A stretch of DNA of 64,000 bases from the NCBI GenBank assembly GCA_030390025.1, contig CM059432.1, forward strand, positions 52,702,001-52,766,000. The letters run 5' to 3'. The notes below the pieces were generated by a model. That model was not told where the DNA came from. It searched no databases and worked only from the letters and a program-made list of their open reading frames with translations. Within the stretch, counting starts at the first letter, position 1. The number at the start of each line of letters is the position of its first letter. The DNA is from Squalus acanthias. Taxonomy: Eukaryota. Below, one piece after another: positions 51,073-62,803 of the stretch. The position numbers were made by a program, and so were the translations under genes.

Positions 51073-52855
51073 ACAACAGAAAACGCTGGAAAAACTCAGC
51101 AGGCCAGGTAACATCCGTGGAGAGAGAAACAGAGTTAACGTTTCAGGTCGAAACCCTTCGTCAGAACTGAGAAAAGAGCAGGAAATAGAACAGATAAAAA
51201 TGCAAGGGGGAGGCTGGGGGGAGGAATAACTATGGTAAGTAGAGACATTAAGAGATGCTCAAGGCAAGACGAGATGGTAATGGGACAGGTTAAGAAACAA
51301 AAGGTGAAGTGTGAAATGCTGGCAGAATGAGAGACAGCTGCCGTAGGGGGAGAGAGAGAGAAAAAAAGGAAAAAGGCACGAACCAAAAGGGGGGATAAAA
51401 TGTGTATATATGTGGTAGGGGCCGGGGTTATGGTCTGAAATTGTTGAACTCGATATTGAGTCCAGAAGGCTGTAAAGTGCCTAAACGAAAGATGAGGTGC
51501 TGTTCCTCGAGCTTACGCTGAGCTTCCGTGGAACAATGCACGAGGCCGAGGACGGTGAGGTCTGAGTGGGCGTGGAGAGGTGAATTAAAATGACAAGCGA
51601 CCGGAAGCTCGGGGTCACCCTTACGGACTGAACGGAGGTGTTCCGCAAAGCGGTCACCCAATCTGCGTTTGGTCTCCCCAATGTAGAGGAGACCACATCG
51701 TGAGCAGCGAATACAGTATACTAGATTGCAAGAAGTACAAGTAAATCGCTGTTTCACCTGGAAGGGGTGTTTGGGGCCGTGGGAAGGGGGGATGTATAAG
51801 GGCAGGTGTTGCATCTCCTGCGCTTGCACGGGAAGGTGCCGGGCGAGGGGGAAGGGGTGTTGCGGGTGATAGAGGAGTGGACTAGGGTGTCTCGGAGGGA
51901 GCGGTCCCTACGGAATGCTGAAAGGGGAGGTGAGGGGAAGATACGTTTGGTGGTGGGATCACGTTGGAGGTGGCGGAAATGGCGGAGGATGATCCATTGA
52001 ATGTGGAGGCTGGTGGGGTGAAAGGTGAGGACAAGGGGAACTCTATCGTGGTTCCGGGAGGGCAGAAGTGCGGGAGATAGAACGGACACGGTCGAGGGCC
52101 GTGTCGACCACGGTAGAGGGGAATCCTCGGTTGAGGAAAAAGGAAGACATGTCGGAAGCACTGGTATGGAAGGTGGCATCGTCGGAGCAGATGCGGTGGA
52201 GACGGAGAAACTGGAAGAAGGGAATAGAGTCCTTACAGGAGGCGGGGTGGGAGGAAGTGTAGTCCAGGTAGCTGTGGGAGTCAGTGGGCTTGTAGTGAAT
52301 GTTGGTCAATAACCTATCCCCAGAGATGGAGACGGAGAAGTCGAGGAAGGGAAGGGAAGAGTCGGAGATGGACCATGTGAAGGTGAGGGAAGGGTGGAAA
52401 TTGGAGGCAAAGTGAATTAAATTATCTAGTTCAGGGCGAGAGCAGGAAACGGCACCGATACAGTCGTCAATGTACCGGAAAAAGAGGTGAGGGAGGGGAC
52501 CCAAGTAGGACTGGAACAAAGAGTGTTCCACATATCCCACGAAAAGGCAGGCATAGCTAGGACCCATGCGGGTACCCATAGCAACACCTTTGATTTGGAG
52601 GAAATGAGTGGAGTCAAAGGAGAAGTTGTTCAATGTGAGAACAAGTTCAGCCAGGCGGAGGAGGGTGGCGGTGGATGGGGACTGGTTGGGCCTCTGTTCA
52701 AGGAAGAAGCGGAGCGCCCTCAGGCCATCCTGGTGGGGGATGGAGGTGTAGAGGGATTGTACGTCCATGGTGAAAAGGAGGCGGTTGGGGCCAGGAAACT
52801 GGAAACTGTTAAAGTGGCAGAGGGCGTCAGAGGAATCGCGGATGTAGGTGGGAAG
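51073..52855 (-). mobile_element. 5'-truncated Penelope-like retroelement (RT and GIY-YIG endonuclease), frameshifted
   Basis: TMDVQSLYTSIPH, GVAMGTRMGPSYA, FRYIDD, NLVYCIRCSRCGLLYIGETKRRLGDRFAEH. TSD ATTGTATACA at 51063-51072 and 52856-52865. Confidence 0.93.
51133..51168 (-). ncRNA. Minimal hammerhead ribozyme motif in the Penelope 3' region
   Basis: Minus strand agtt-CTGACGA-agggtttcgacct-GAAA-cg-TT-aact. Confidence 0.65.
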
Positions 52856-53280
52856 ATTGTATACATTGTATACATGGCCAATATCTGGCACACACATATA
52901 TAGTGTACAGTGCAGGCTGACCCAAGGTGATCTACACATGCATGTAGTGTACAGTGTCTACACATGTAATGTCTGATGTAGATGTACATAATGTACAGTG
53001 TACGTATGACCAATATCTAACAAACATCGGTGTAGTATACAGCATATGCATATCCATTGTGATTTAGACCTGCACACTGTACACATGGTCAATGCTTGAC
53101 ATACACATGTCCATAGTATGCAGTATATGTCTGTCATAAGCATACATGTAGTGTACAGTGTATGCACAGTGTGACATATACATGCACTGTATCTGATGTA
53201 CATGTGCACATGGTGCAGCCTGATAAATGTACACATGCAAATTCTGATCTATGTACCTATCTAGTACGCACGTGTACAAA
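52856..53280. repeat. Alternating purine-pyrimidine low-complexity tract (TACA/TGTA/CATG-rich)
   Basis: Visible compositional repeat. It continues on the other side of the Penelope insertion (~51020-51072). Confidence 0.65.
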
Positions 53281-53399
53281 TGTTTTTACTGCGCCTGTGA
53301 ATTGCTCCTTTTGCCCACGTTCACACCCCATCTACTGAGAACAGCCCAGCTCCGCATAAGCCACAGGTGAATTCAAGTACTAAACTCAGACTCAAATAC

Positions 53400-53715
53400 T
53401 GAAACAAAACAGATAATGCTGAAAACATGCAGAAGGTCAGTCAGCATCTGTCGAAAGAAGAGAAAATTAACGTTTTGGGCGCGGACCCCTCTTCAAAACT
53501 GAAAAATAAGAGGCAGACAGGCATATTATTATTTTCCCCCTTGCCTTTTTCTGATTGTATTCCAATATGGTTCTCAACCTCTTATTTTTCAGAAGGGTCG
53601 ACACCTGAAATGCTAACTTGTCCAATCTCTCCACAGATCCTGATTTACCTGTTGTGTGTTTCCTACATTTTTCTGTTTCTGTTTCAGATTTTCAGCATCT
53701 GCAGTACTTTGGATT
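53400..53715. mobile_element. Old inverted pair of Penelope 3' ends
   Basis: CAGCATCTG...AACGTTT on the left and CCTGAAATGCTAAC...CTCCACAGAT...CAGCATCTGCAG on the right. Similar remnant at ~25450-25575. Confidence 0.55.
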
Positions 53716-54580
53716 TTACATGGCAATATTGAAGCTGCTGATCTGACAGTTTTGATATGAACCTTCCTTGTATGGCAATGTAAATACTGGCCTAGAGATT
53801 CAAACATCATGAACCCAGTATTAATATCTTATCAGCTGCTGCAAATTAGGAGTGGCTTGTCATAACATATGTATGTCATACAACAGAGGTCTGTGATTTG
53901 TAGTGTTTTCAGTTAACATCCCCTTTCTCTGCAGTAAAGACAGCTGTGGCTCAGATCTTATTAAAAGAACAGCTGAACTAGACTTCTAATAAGAAGTATA
54001 ACTAGGGATTCTGAGATAATTGCGATCAGATGCTTGTCAGCAACAACTTGCCCTAGGGTGATGGTATCACAAGTAAGATACAGGCACATTTCAAAAAACG
54101 CAAAGCACTGCTGTCAATATTGGAGTTGAATATTATCCGAACAACTGTAGCCTTAACCAGATTGATTGAGGGACCAGCGTCGACAGCGGGGGAGGAGGAG
54201 CCTTTCTTTCTTTCTCTCTCCCACAGAGCGGTCGGCAGCGGGGAAGGAGGAGCGGACCTGGTTGGAGCGGCAGAGGCCTGAGGTGAGTCAATAAACTCAC
54301 CTACGTGGCCTTTTTCCCCAGCGGGGTAAGAGCTTCGCGGGCTTTTTCAAAGGCAGGGGGCGGGGCCAAATCATTGGTACCCGTATATAGGTGGAGCGGT
54401 TGCTAAACCCGAGACACTACACTAGTAGTGACTCCCACCCTCCCACCTCCTCTAACCTTTAGGGGTAGAGGGAATTTAAAAGGTAGGTTCGATTTTATAT
54501 TTTGTTTTCAGGGACTTAACTCCTGGACCTAAGATAAATAAGTTTAAATTTTAGTAATAAAGTAACATAAGGGTTAAGTC

Positions 54581-55525
54581 ATGACAGGAAGTCTCGGACC
54601 CGTTTCATGCTCCTCCTGTGCCATGTGGGAAACCAGGGACACTTCCAGTGTCCCTGACAACTACGTGTGCGGGAAGTGTGTCCAGCTGCAGCTCCTGACA
54701 GCCCGCATGGCAGTGCTGGAGCTGCGGGTGGACTCACTCTGGAGCATGCACGATGCCGAGAACTCGGTGAATCGCTCATTTAGTGAGTTGTCCACACCGC
54801 AGGTAAAGGCTAGGACAGACAGTGTATGGGTGACCAAGAAGCAGGGCAATATCAGGAAGGTAGTGCAGGAGTCTCCTGTGGTCATCTCCCTCCAAAACAG
54901 GTATGCCACTTTGGATACTGTTGGGGGAGATGGCCTACCAGGGGAAGGCACCAGCAGCCAGGTTCATGGCACCATGGCTGGCTCTGCTGCACAGCAGGGC
55001 GGGAAAAAGAGTGGTAGGGCTATAGTGATAGGGGACTCAATTGTAAGGGGAATAGACAGGAGTTTCTGTGGCCGCAACCGAGATTCCAGGATGGTATGTT
55101 GCCTCCCTGGTGCAAGGGTCAAGGATGTCTCGGAGCGGCTGCAGAACATTCTGAAGAGGGAGGGTGAACAGCCAGCTGTCGTGGTGCATGTAGGTACCAA
55201 CGATATAGGTAAAAAGCGGGAAGAGGTCCTACAAGCAGAATTTAGGGAGCTAGGAGCTAAATTAAAAAGTAGGACCTCTAAGGTAGTAATCTCTGGATTG
55301 CTACCAGGGCCACGAGCTAATCAGAATAGAGAGAACAGGATAGTGAGATTGAATACGTGGCTTGAGCAGTGGTGCAGGAGGGAGGGATTCAAATTCCTGA
55401 GGCATTGGAACCAGTTCTGGGGCAAGTGGGACCTGTACAAAAGGGACGGTCTGCACTTGGGCAGGACTGGAACCGATGTCCTCGGGGTAATATTTGCTAA
55501 AGCAGTTCGGGAGGATTTAAACTAA
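54581..55525 (+). CDS. CR1 ORF1p: N-terminal CxxC-CxxC zinc finger, coiled coil, SGNH/GDSL esterase domain
   Basis: CSSC...CGKC; IVIGDSIVRG; VHVGTNDI; DGLHL. Confidence 0.92.
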   Translation: MTGSLGPVSCSSCAMWETRDTSSVPDNYVCGKCVQLQLLTARMAVLELRVDSLWSMHDAENSVNRSFSELSTPQVKARTDSVWVTKKQGNIRKVVQESPVVISLQNRYATLDTVGGDGLPGEGTSSQVHGTMAGSAAQQGGKKSGRAIVIGDSIVRGIDRSFCGRNRDSRMVCCLPGARVKDVSERLQNILKREGEQPAVVVHVGTNDIGKKREEVLQAEFRELGAKLKSRTSKVVISGLLPGPRANQNRENRIVRLNTWLEQWCRREGFKFLRHWNQFWGKWDLYKRDGLHLGRTGTDVLGVIFAKAVREDLN

Positions 55526-55572
55526 TATGGCAGGGGAAGGGGAACCTATGCAGCGAAACAGGGGGAAGTAAT

Positions 55573-58509
55573 ATGCAGTCAGAAACAAATGTTAGAAGGG
55601 TGAGAAACAATAGGGGAAGGCCGAGTAAACAAAGGCAAGAAACACAAAGGGCCATACTAAATCATAAGTCTAAAAGGACAAAGGATGTTAATAAAATAAG
55701 CCTAAAGGCTCTGTGTCTTAATGCAAGGAGTATCCGTAATAAGGTGGATGAATTGACTGTGCAAATAGATGTTAACGGATACGATGTGATTGGGATTACA
55801 GAGACGTGGCTCCAGAACAATCAAGGCTGGGAACTGAACATCCAGGGGTATTCACCATTCAGAAAGGATAGAATAAAAGGAAAAGGGGGTGGGGTAGCAT
55901 TGCTGGTTAAAGAGGAGATTAATGCAATAGCTAGGAAGGACATCAGCTTGGAGGATGTGGAATCAATATGGGTTGAGCTGCAGAACACCAAAGGGCAGAA
56001 AACGTTAGTGGGAGTTGTGTACAGACCTCCAAACAGCAGTGGTGAGGTGAGGGAGGGTATGAAACAGGAAATCAGAGGTGCGTGCAAAAAAGGCACGGCA
56101 GTTATCATGGGTGACTTTAATATGCATATAGATTGGGCTACTCAAACTGGAAGCAATACGGTGGAGGAGGATTTCCTGGAGTGTTTAAGGGATGGTTTCC
56201 TAAACCAATATGTTGAGGAACCAACTCGAGGGGAGGCCATCCTGGACTGGGTGTTGTGTAATGAGGAAGGACTAATCAGCAATCTTGTGGTACGAGGCCC
56301 CCTGGGGAAGAGTGACCATAGTATGGTGGAGTTCTACATTAGGATGGAGAAGGAAACAGTTAAGTCAGAGACCATGGTCCAGAACTTAAATAAGGGCAAC
56401 TTTGATGGTATGAGGCGTGAATTGGCGAGGTTAAATTGGCAAGCGATATTTAAGGGGCTATCAGTGGAAGGGCAATGGCAGACATTTAGAGATCGCATGG
56501 ATGAACTACAACAATTGTACATCCCGGTCTGGCGTAAAAATAAAAAAGGGAAGGTGGCTCAACCATGGCTAACAAGGGAAATCAGGGATAGTATTAAAAC
56601 CAAGGAAGTTGCATACAAATTGGCCAGAAGTAGCAGCAAACCCGGGGACTGGGAGAACTTCAAAACTCAGCAAAGGAGGACGAAGGGTTTGATTAGGGCA
56701 GGGAAAATAAAATATGAAAGGAAGCTTGCAGAGAACATTAAAATGGACTGCAAAAGCTTCTATAAATATGTAAAAAGAAAGAGGTTAGTAAAAACAAACG
56801 TAGGTCCCCTGCAGTCGGAAACAGGGCAAGTCGTAATGGGGAACAAGGAAATGGCAGATCAATTGAACAAGTACTTTGGTTCGGTGTTTACTGTGGAGGA
56901 CACACACAACCTGCCGGAAATAAAAGGGGTCAGAGGATCTGGTAAGAGGGAGGAGCTGAGGGAAATCCTTATTAGTCGGGAAAAGGTATTGGGGAAATTG
57001 ATGGGACTGAAGGCTGAAAAATCCCCGGGGCCTGATGGTCTGCATCCCAGAGTACTTAAGGAGGTGGCCTTGGAAATAGTGGATGCATTGACGATCATTT
57101 TCCAACATTCCTTAGACTCTGGATCAGTTCCGATGGAGTGGAGGGTGGCCAATGTAACCCCTCTTTTTAAAAAAGGAGGGAGGGAGAAAGCAGGGAATTA
57201 TAGACCGGTCAGCCTGACATCGGTCGTGGGTAAAATGATGGAAGCAATTATTAAAGATGTCATAACAGACCATTTGGAAAGTGGCGACATGATAGGTCCC
57301 AGTCAGCATGGATTTGTGAAAGGGAAATCATGCTTGACAAATCTTCTGGAATTTTTTGAGGATGTTTCCAATAGGGTGGACAGGGGGGAACCAGTAGATG
57401 TGGTGTATTTGGACTTTCAGAAGGCCTTCGACAAGGTCCCACACAAGAGATTGGTGAGCAAAGTTAAAGCACATGGGATTGGGGGTAATGTGTTGACGTG
57501 GATTGAGAACTGGTTGGCACACAGGAAACAAAGAATAGGAGTAAATGGGTACTTTTCAGAATGGCAGGCAGTGACCAGCGGGGTACCGCAGGGTTCGGTG
57601 CTGGGACCCCAGCTGTTTACATTATATATTAATGATTTGGACGAAGGGATTAAATGTAATATCTCCAAATTTGCGGATGACACTAAATTGGGAGGCAGTG
57701 TGAACGATGAGGAGGATGCTAGGAGGCTACAGAGTGACTTGGACAGGTTGGGTGAATGGGCAAATGTATGGCAGATGAAGTACAATGTGGATAAATGTGA
57801 GGTTATCCACTTTGGTGGTAAAAATAGAGAGGCGGACTATTACCTGAATGGTGGCAGATTAGGGAAAGGGGAGGTGCAACGAGACCTGGGCGTCATGGTA
57901 CATCAGTCACTGAAGGTGGGAATGCAAGTGCAGGAGGCAGTCAAGAAAGCAAACGGAATGATGGCCTTCATAGCAAGGGGATTTGAGTACAGGAGTAGGG
58001 AGGTGATGCTGCAGTTGTACAGGGCCTTGGTGAGGCCACACCTGGAGTATTGTGCGCAGTTTTGGTCTCCTAACTTAAGGAAGGACATTCTTGCTATTGA
58101 GGGAGTGCAGCGAAGGTTCACTAGATTGATTCCTGGGATGGCCGGACTGACATATCAAGAAAGATTGGGTCAACTGAACTTGTATCCTCTGGAGTTCAGA
58201 AGAATGAGGGGGGATCTTATAGAGACATTTAAAATCCTGACTGGTTTAGACAAATTAGATGCGGGCAGAATGTTCCCAATGTTAGGGAAAACTAGAACCA
58301 GGGGTCACAGTCTAAGGATTAAGGGGAAGCCATTTAAGACTGAGCTGAGGAGGAACTTCTTCACCCAGAGAGTGGTGAATCTATGGAATTCTCTTCCACA
58401 GAAGGTTGTTGAGGCCAGTTCGCTAAATATATTCAAAAGGGAGTTAGATATAACACTCACAACTAGGGGGATCAAGGGGTATGGCGAGAAAGCAGGAATG
58501 GGGTACTGA
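55573..58509 (+). CDS. CR1 ORF2p: APE endonuclease and reverse transcriptase, 978 aa
   Basis: [45 protein letters not shown]. The frame is open from 55501. Confidence 0.95.
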   Translation: MQSETNVRRVRNNRGRPSKQRQETQRAILNHKSKRTKDVNKISLKALCLNARSIRNKVDELTVQIDVNGYDVIGITETWLQNNQGWELNIQGYSPFRKDRIKGKGGGVALLVKEEINAIARKDISLEDVESIWVELQNTKGQKTLVGVVYRPPNSSGEVREGMKQEIRGACKKGTAVIMGDFNMHIDWATQTGSNTVEEDFLECLRDGFLNQYVEEPTRGEAILDWVLCNEEGLISNLVVRGPLGKSDHSMVEFYIRMEKETVKSETMVQNLNKGNFDGMRRELARLNWQAIFKGLSVEGQWQTFRDRMDELQQLYIPVWRKNKKGKVAQPWLTREIRDSIKTKEVAYKLARSSSKPGDWENFKTQQRRTKGLIRAGKIKYERKLAENIKMDCKSFYKYVKRKRLVKTNVGPLQSETGQVVMGNKEMADQLNKYFGSVFTVEDTHNLPEIKGVRGSGKREELREILISREKVLGKLMGLKAEKSPGPDGLHPRVLKEVALEIVDALTIIFQHSLDSGSVPMEWRVANVTPLFKKGGREKAGNYRPVSLTSVVGKMMEAIIKDVITDHLESGDMIGPSQHGFVKGKSCLTNLLEFFEDVSNRVDRGEPVDVVYLDFQKAFDKVPHKRLVSKVKAHGIGGNVLTWIENWLAHRKQRIGVNGYFSEWQAVTSGVPQGSVLGPQLFTLYINDLDEGIKCNISKFADDTKLGGSVNDEEDARRLQSDLDRLGEWANVWQMKYNVDKCEVIHFGGKNREADYYLNGGRLGKGEVQRDLGVMVHQSLKVGMQVQEAVKKANGMMAFIARGFEYRSREVMLQLYRALVRPHLEYCAQFWSPNLRKDILAIEGVQRRFTRLIPGMAGLTYQERLGQLNLYPLEFRRMRGDLIETFKILTGLDKLDAGRMFPMLGKTRTRGHSLRIKGKPFKTELRRNFFTQRVVNLWNSLPQKVVEASSLNIFKRELDITLTTRGIKGYGEKAGMGY

Positions 58510-59207
58510 GGTAGCATGTTCAGCCATGAACGCATTGAATGGCGGTGCAGGCTCGAAGGACCGAATGGTCTACTCCTGTACCTATTTTCTATGTTTCTAT
58601 GTTTCTATGAAAGGAACTCTTATGTATTTGCTAATAAAATTGATACAATATTTTTTGGATTTTCATGATTTATCCCTTTTCTTTTTCCCTCTTTTTCCCT
58701 CCCTCTCAGTGAGATGGGACACAAATCACTCCTTAAAGCATGTGATTGGGGGAAGCAGTGTACTCATGGTGGATGAGATAATTATATTAATGGCTAAATG
58801 TAGCCTTTGCATCATGGGGTGTTCCACCTCGTAGCCTAACAAGATCTGGAAAAAAAAACATGCTCCACGTGATTCAAGAGACAAGCACCTTTGAGACTCT
58901 AAACCACAACCATCTGGATGGGAAGCTGTCATTCTACTGTCTAGGCTACAAAAGGGTCAAGATTTATTCATTTCAGCAGATGTTTGGATGATGTAATTAA
59001 TGAATCCCATGCACTGCAATCCCATTGATTTTATATCTCACCACTCCCAACGTTCCCACTTTGCCTAGTTTTACGACAGCACCTGCTATCAATTTCCTTC
59101 TAGATTTTTGCACTGATGCATTGTTCTGACCTTATGAGTATATTTTGTCACAAGATGATTACATTGATACTCATTGCCCTGTATTTTTAAGTTTATTTAA
59201 AAATGGT

Positions 59208-59475
59208 ACAAGAACCAGAGGCGACATGAGGAAAAACTTTTTTACGCAACGAGTGGTTAGGATTTGGAATGCACTGTCTGATAGGGTGGTGGATACAGAT
59301 TCAATAGTAGCCTTCAAAAGGAAATTGGATAAATACCTGAAGGAGAAAAACTTGCAGGGATATGGGGAAAGAGCGGGGGAGTGGGACGAACTGGATTGCT
59401 CTTCGAAAGAGCTGGTGCAGACTCGATGGGCCCAATGGCCTCCTTCTGTGCTGTACTATTCTATAATTCTATGAT
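59208..59475 (+). mobile_element. CR1 LINE 3' end
   Basis: RKNFFTQRVVRIWNAL...FKRKLDKYL, plus an ATTCTAT tail. Confidence 0.85.
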
Positions 59476-60666
59476 GCTGCCATATTTGGTACTTCAAGGG
59501 TGAAGCTAGCACCAAAAAAAAATATTGAGCTGCCAGGCGTCAGCATAATCTGCTGACCCTGTTTACAAAAGAAACTACATCCTCACAGGCGTTAACTGAG
59601 TTCAGGATGAAGCAGAATGGATTGCCTGGTTATAGAGTGATTTATGACTGTTTGTTAACTGGTGCAATTTATATGATAGCAGTTAAGTTAAAATTCTGCA
59701 AGCAAACAACAACAATTTTCAGTAGGTGATAAATTTCACTTATTTGTGACAATAAACTACCAACCACCAGAAAAATATTTTTCTTACTGACTTTTGTGTC
59801 AATTTGACTATATATTGTCACAACCATTCAAACCATGTGTAACAAGCATACTGTGATAATTATTACCTAGTAGTCATGTTTCTGGACTACGCCAGGCACA
59901 AAAACATCTCGATACCAACAGTGACTGAGTACCATCATTTCTGTTTTTGAAAGTAAGAACCAAAGTAGCTTTCAAACAAATAAAAAAGGACAAAGGGGTA
60001 AGGAATTCCTGTTTAGCGAACAGATGGGCTGTTTTATACATTCACAACTGTAGTGCAATTTAATTTTTATCTACAATCAGTAATATAATGATGTTTTAGC
60101 AACTTCAAAGATGGAATCTCCTCCCAGATTTTTCCTCCAATTTCCTCCTCTTCTCTCCTGAAGACAAAGACTCACCATGGATGCCAGCTTTCCTTCAGAA
60201 GCTAACAAGTGAGTGTCCTCAGAATATTCCACTGTGGGAGGCACCAAGGCTGACTACAATCCTGTGCTCAGCTGACATCCAAACTCACGCTGTTTCCAGC
60301 AGGTGTCATTGGACAGTGATCAAAGACAAGAACCCTAATTAATATACCCTCGCTCAGAGCACTGGGGAAACTTGGAGTGTCCCCTGTCATAGAGTGATTT
60401 CATTCAACGCAGACCAAGGACTGAGCCAGAGATCTTACAGATTTGTATGTCTCAGGTCTCAGGAGTGAGCCTGGTCAACAGGTGCTGGTAGGCTCTTCAG
60501 TTACTGAAGGGTGTGAGGGAGTGCAGAGGGGCAACACAATGAAGTCCATTTCTGTCCTCCCTCAACATCCGTACACATGCAATTTCAGCAGGGGTCACTA
60601 CATGAAAATTAAGAATAGGAACTCTGGCCAATTTTAGGAAGCCAAAACTTGCTCAATTGAATGATG

Positions 60667-60907
60667 CGGAGATGGCGGTGTTGGACTGGGGTGGACAAAA
60701 GTGAGAAGTCGTACAACACCAGGTTATAGTCCAACAGTTTTATTTGAAATCACAAGCTTTCGGAGCTGCTGGTCCTTCGTTCTCTGTCTATATATGCTTT
60801 GCTGAATTGTATTCCTTCACTTCACCTGATGAAGGAGCAGCAGCTCCGAAAGCTTGTGATTTCAAATAAAACTGTTGGACTATAACCTGGTGTTGTACGA
60901 CTTCTCA
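60667..60907 (-). mobile_element. Penelope-like (pLTR) fold-back insertion with hammerhead core (60822-60859, +)
   Basis: Inverted arms ~60701-60771 and ~60838-60908. TSD CAATTGAATGATG at 60654-60666 and 60908-60920. tcac-CTGATGA-aggagc..gctcc-GAAA-gc-TT-gtga. Confidence 0.85.
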
Positions 60908-61439
60908 CAATTGAATGATGGTTGAGTGTCTGAATTCTTAAACAAGGAAATTACAAGGTTCCAAGAATGCCAAGCTACAGAACAGATCCAAAACTATAGA
61001 AACATAGGCTACCAGTAAATTGGATGAAAAGTTTAGATGAGAAGACTATTAAGGAGGGGACTTAGAAAAAGTTCAAAAAAACTAAAACCTAAACAGAAAA
61101 TTATGGATGTTACAGATCCCAAAGAGGGTTTGGAAGCATTAACAGGTTTTGAGAGGACTGAATGTGAAAAACAGACTTTGAAGCTTTCACTAAACAAAGC
61201 GGCCTAGATATTCCGCTTGAGGAACGCTGGCTCTCGGGTGTAACTTGAGCACAAAGTTCTTCGGAAGCCATAAGTGACAAAGGAAGTAGAGTATAATGCG
61301 TAAACCCATATATGGGCAGGTGTATTGTATCACTATTACTACAATATTTGCTCTACTACACCAGTAGAGGTCAGAAGGTTAGGGTGGGACCTAGGCTGAA
61401 TCCATGGCTGCCAATGGCAGGAAGTTGGGAGGGAGGATG

Positions 61440-62470
61440 CACAAGAGGCCAAAGTTAGAGTCTGGAGGTAGTTGTAGGGCTGGAGGAGATTACAGAGATA
61501 GGAAAGAATGAGGCTATGGAGGGATTTAAAGACAAGATCAATAATTTTAAGTTTGAGGCTTTGGGGGCCCGGGAACCAAAGTGGGCCAGCAAGGACGAGG
61601 TGATGGGCAAATGAGCCTTGGTGGGGGATAGGATACAGGCAGCAGAGGTTTGGGCAAATTGGAGCGTATGGAGCATTGTTTATGGGAGGCTAACAAGGAC
61701 AGTGTTAGAGCAATCAAGTCTGGTGTTGAACAAGGCATGTATGAGGGTTTCAGCAGCAAATGGGCTGAGGTCGGGGTAGAGGTGGGCATTGTTACAGAAG
61801 TAGAGTAGGTGGTATTTGTGATGGAAAGGATATGGGATCAGAAACCTATCTTGGAAGACTGCAGACTGTCTGATTCAGCCTAGAATAGTGACAGGGAAGG
61901 GGATGGAGTCAGTGGAACTGAATTTGTGGGAAAGACTAAAGATGATGGCTTTGATCTTTCCAATGCTTAGCTGGAAGAAGTTACTACTCACCCAATAATG
62001 CATGTCAGACAAGCAGACTGACAGCAGAGAGCCAGTGGAGGGTTTGGAGGAGAGGCAGAGCTGGTTGTCATCAGCAAACATGAGAAACCAGACCCCAAGA
62101 TGCAGCAGGTTGATGAAGAGGAGGAGGGGACAAAGACTGGAAGACTGCAGATGGTGCGTGGGTGGGAAGTGAAGCCATTGCTAGAGATGCTTTGACTACA
62201 ATTGGGTAGGTAAGACTGGAACCAAGTGAGGGGAATCACACTGAGCTGGACAATGGAGGAGAGGCACTGGAAGAGGATGATGTGGTCGATCGTGTTGAAG
62301 GCTGCAGAGAGGGTGAGGTGGAATAATACACTAGAGTCACAGAGAATGTCATTCATAATTCTGAGTATAGCCGTTCGGTGCTGTGGGAGGGGCAGAAGCC
62401 AGATGGAAGGGATTCAAACATATAGTTATGGAAGAGGAGAGCATGAAGGTGGTAGGCAACATGTTCAACC
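61440..62470 (-). mobile_element. Degenerate L2 LINE RT fragment
   Basis: LSAAFNTIDHIIL, WFQSYL, MFADDNQL, WVSSNFFQL. Confidence 0.75.
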
Positions 62471-62803
62471 ACCTCGAGCAGAAAATTCTTTGAGAGCCAT
62501 GCCACCTGCCCACCGGAACTCCCCCTCAACTTCCAGGATTTCCCACTGGAAGAGACAGGGGAAGTATAATACATCAACCAACGCAATCAGTGACCACACC
62601 GCAATAGTATGCAAATGATGGAAATATGTATTTTCTGTCAACTGCTCCATAGCAACACTGGGCATAGGGGACACCTGATTGTAGAAAGGGCCATAAAGCC
62701 TATGCAGTTGATTATAGGCTGATCGATTGCACAGGCTGTGCCAATCCTTTTCTACATCTTAAAAAAAAACTTCCATTAGCAAAGAGTTCACCGGGCAGAC
62801 TAA

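Larger units (their letters stand above)
54172..58609 (+). mobile_element. Full-length CR1 LINE with intact ORF1 and ORF2, antisense in an EMILIN2 intron
   Basis: GC-rich 5'UTR, two uninterrupted ORFs, 3'UTR and (TTCTATGT)n tail. The 5' boundary is approximate and no clear TSD was found. Confidence 0.93.

Noticed and set aside
59866..59968. Exon-like segment on the minus strand ending TAG|GTAAT
   Set aside because: Phase-1 readings from either candidate acceptor contain stop codons, and there is no EMILIN similarity.
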